A model generated the notes under the pieces. That model saw only the letters and a list, made by a program, of their open reading frames with translations, searched no databases and was not told the origin of the DNA. Shown here piece after piece: positions 62,990 through 64,000 of a stretch of 64,000 nt of DNA. This DNA comes from Gemmatimonadota bacterium (GTDB lineage: Bacteria; Gemmatimonadota; Gemmatimonadetes; Gemmatimonadales; GWC2-71-9): the NCBI GenBank assembly GCA_003222035.1, contig QHUS01000045.1:2615-66614 (forward strand), written 5' to 3'. Every line of letters begins with the position of its first letter. Position 1 is the first letter of the stretch. The position numbers and the translations under genes are program-made.

Positions 62990-63780
62990 ATGCTGAACCG
63001 ACCGTCCCTGCTTCTGCTGATCGTGCCGTTCCTCGCCGCGCCCCCGGCGGCTGGCGCGCAGCGCCTCGAGCGCACGCCCGCCCATCCCACGCGCGACCAG
63101 ATCGAAGCGCAGCTCGGCTACCGGACGGGCCGCGTCACACTGCCCGGCGGTCTTGCCACTCTCGACCTGCCCGCCCACTTCCGGTACCTCGACGCGGAGG
63201 ACACGGAGATCGTGCTCCGCGCGTGGGGCAATCCACCCGGCGCCCAGACCCTCGGCATGGTCGTGCCGACCGCGTTGCGCGTGCTCACGCCCGAGGGATG
63301 GGGCGTCATCATCACGTATGCCGAAGACGGGTACGTCAAGGACGACGACGCGGCGAAGATCGACTACCACGAGCTGCTCACCGACATGCAACGGGCGACC
63401 CGGGAGGCCGATCCGGAGCTCGCCAAGGCCGGATACACGACCGTCGAACTCGTTGGCTGGGCCGAGCCGCCGCACTACGACAGCGTGGCACACAAGCTGT
63501 ACTGGGCCAAGGACCTCAAGTTCGCCGACGAGTCAAGGTGATCGGCTTCGTCGAGTTCAACGGTGGGCACCGCTACGCCGACTTCATCCCGGGCACGGAC
63601 AAGGTCGCCGAGTACGGCATCGCGGCGCTGATCGCGGGGAGCCTCGCGGCCAAGGCAGGAGTGTTCAAGCTGCTACTCGGCGCCCTCCTCGCGCTCAAGA
63701 AGCTCATCGTGGTGGCGGCGGTCGGGGTGGCGGCGTTCCTCCGCAAGTTGTTCCGCCGCGCCCCGGCCGACGCGTCTTGA
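62990..63780 (+). pseudogene. DUF2167-family membrane-anchored protein split across two frames (internal deletion/frameshift, or two coupled ORFs)
   Basis: Frame A (62990-63541) has a signal peptide and GYVKDDDAAKIDYHELL...KLYWAKDLKF, then a stop. Frame B (GTG 63538-63780) has FNGGHRYADFIPGTDKVAEYGIAALIAG and a TM anchor. The roughly 45-50 aa that link these blocks in the family as I recall it are absent. Confidence 0.55.
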
Positions 63781-63788
63781 TTCTGAGC

Positions 63789-64000
63789 CTAATCCCAGTG
63801 GCGGCCGCGATGGTGGCGATGCCGATAGAAATCCTCGCGGCGCACGACGAACACCGGATAGCGGTAATAGCGGTAATGGAAGTAGCGGTGTGGCGGGTGC
63901 ACGAAATAGGGACGACCAACCACGACGATGCCACTCACGAACGGGTGCGGGGCGCCGACGCCTATCGCGACGTTGATTCGGGTCTGCGCTGCACCGGGTG
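63789..64000 (-). CDS. 3' end of an ORF encoding a Tyr/Arg/His-rich C-terminus (partial, runs off the window)
   Basis: Manual translation: ...GIVVVGRPYFVHPPHRYFHYRYYRYPVFVVRREDFYRHRHHRGRHWD*. No start inside the window, so it is absent from the ORF track. Confidence 0.3.
   Translation of the reverse strand, partial: PGAAQTRINVAIGVGAPHPFVSGIVVVGRPYFVHPPHRYFHYRYYRYPVFVVRREDFYRHRHHRGRHWD

Overview
This is a visibly GC-rich (about two-thirds G+C by eye, not computed), densely coding bacterial chromosomal segment. I call about 65 protein genes, many joined by 1-4 nt start/stop overlaps (ATGA, GTGA, TAATG). I found no rRNA, tRNA, CRISPR array, transposase, integrase or phage structural genes. Most content is housekeeping, transport or stress-related: nadE, two APC permeases, an mntR / outer-membrane barrel / mntH / usp operon, a TupA-like binding protein with a porin and a ModE-like regulator, a PiT phosphate transporter with its DUF47 partner, an ECF sigma / anti-sigma / 2x DUF4097 operon, an imuB-dnaE2 mutasome cassette, msrA, lhr and ispH. 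Five things stand out. (1) A 1012-aa Eco57I/PglX/DrmMI-like N6-adenine methyltransferase is translationally coupled to a 771-aa SNF2 helicase (28863-34167), with no other BREX, DISARM or restriction components nearby. This is my best candidate for an undescribed defence or epigenetic module. (2) Four paralogous small genes of unknown function (two HTH-bearing, two with basic tails, all sharing a roughly 60-aa C-terminal domain) lie in tandem next to a stand-alone receiver domain, with a conserved GCACAAA-NN-GCACAC motif and duplicated promoter-like blocks in the spacers (42978-45130). (3) Short 7-10 nt tandem-repeat arrays, often arranged as hairpin-forming inverted arrays, occur in intergenic spacers and also in frame inside conserved genes (nadE, imuB, dnaE2, lhr, a radical SAM gene). 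(4) A 42-aa zinc-ribbon ORF is missing from the ORF track, and an ImuB C-terminal-like module is encoded as a separate 88-aa ORF. (5) Two genes look internally deleted: a CrtQ-like GT2 and a DUF2167 gene. All functional calls come from motif recognition by eye and no database search was run. The many long antisense ORFs in the track are treated as GC-driven artefacts.
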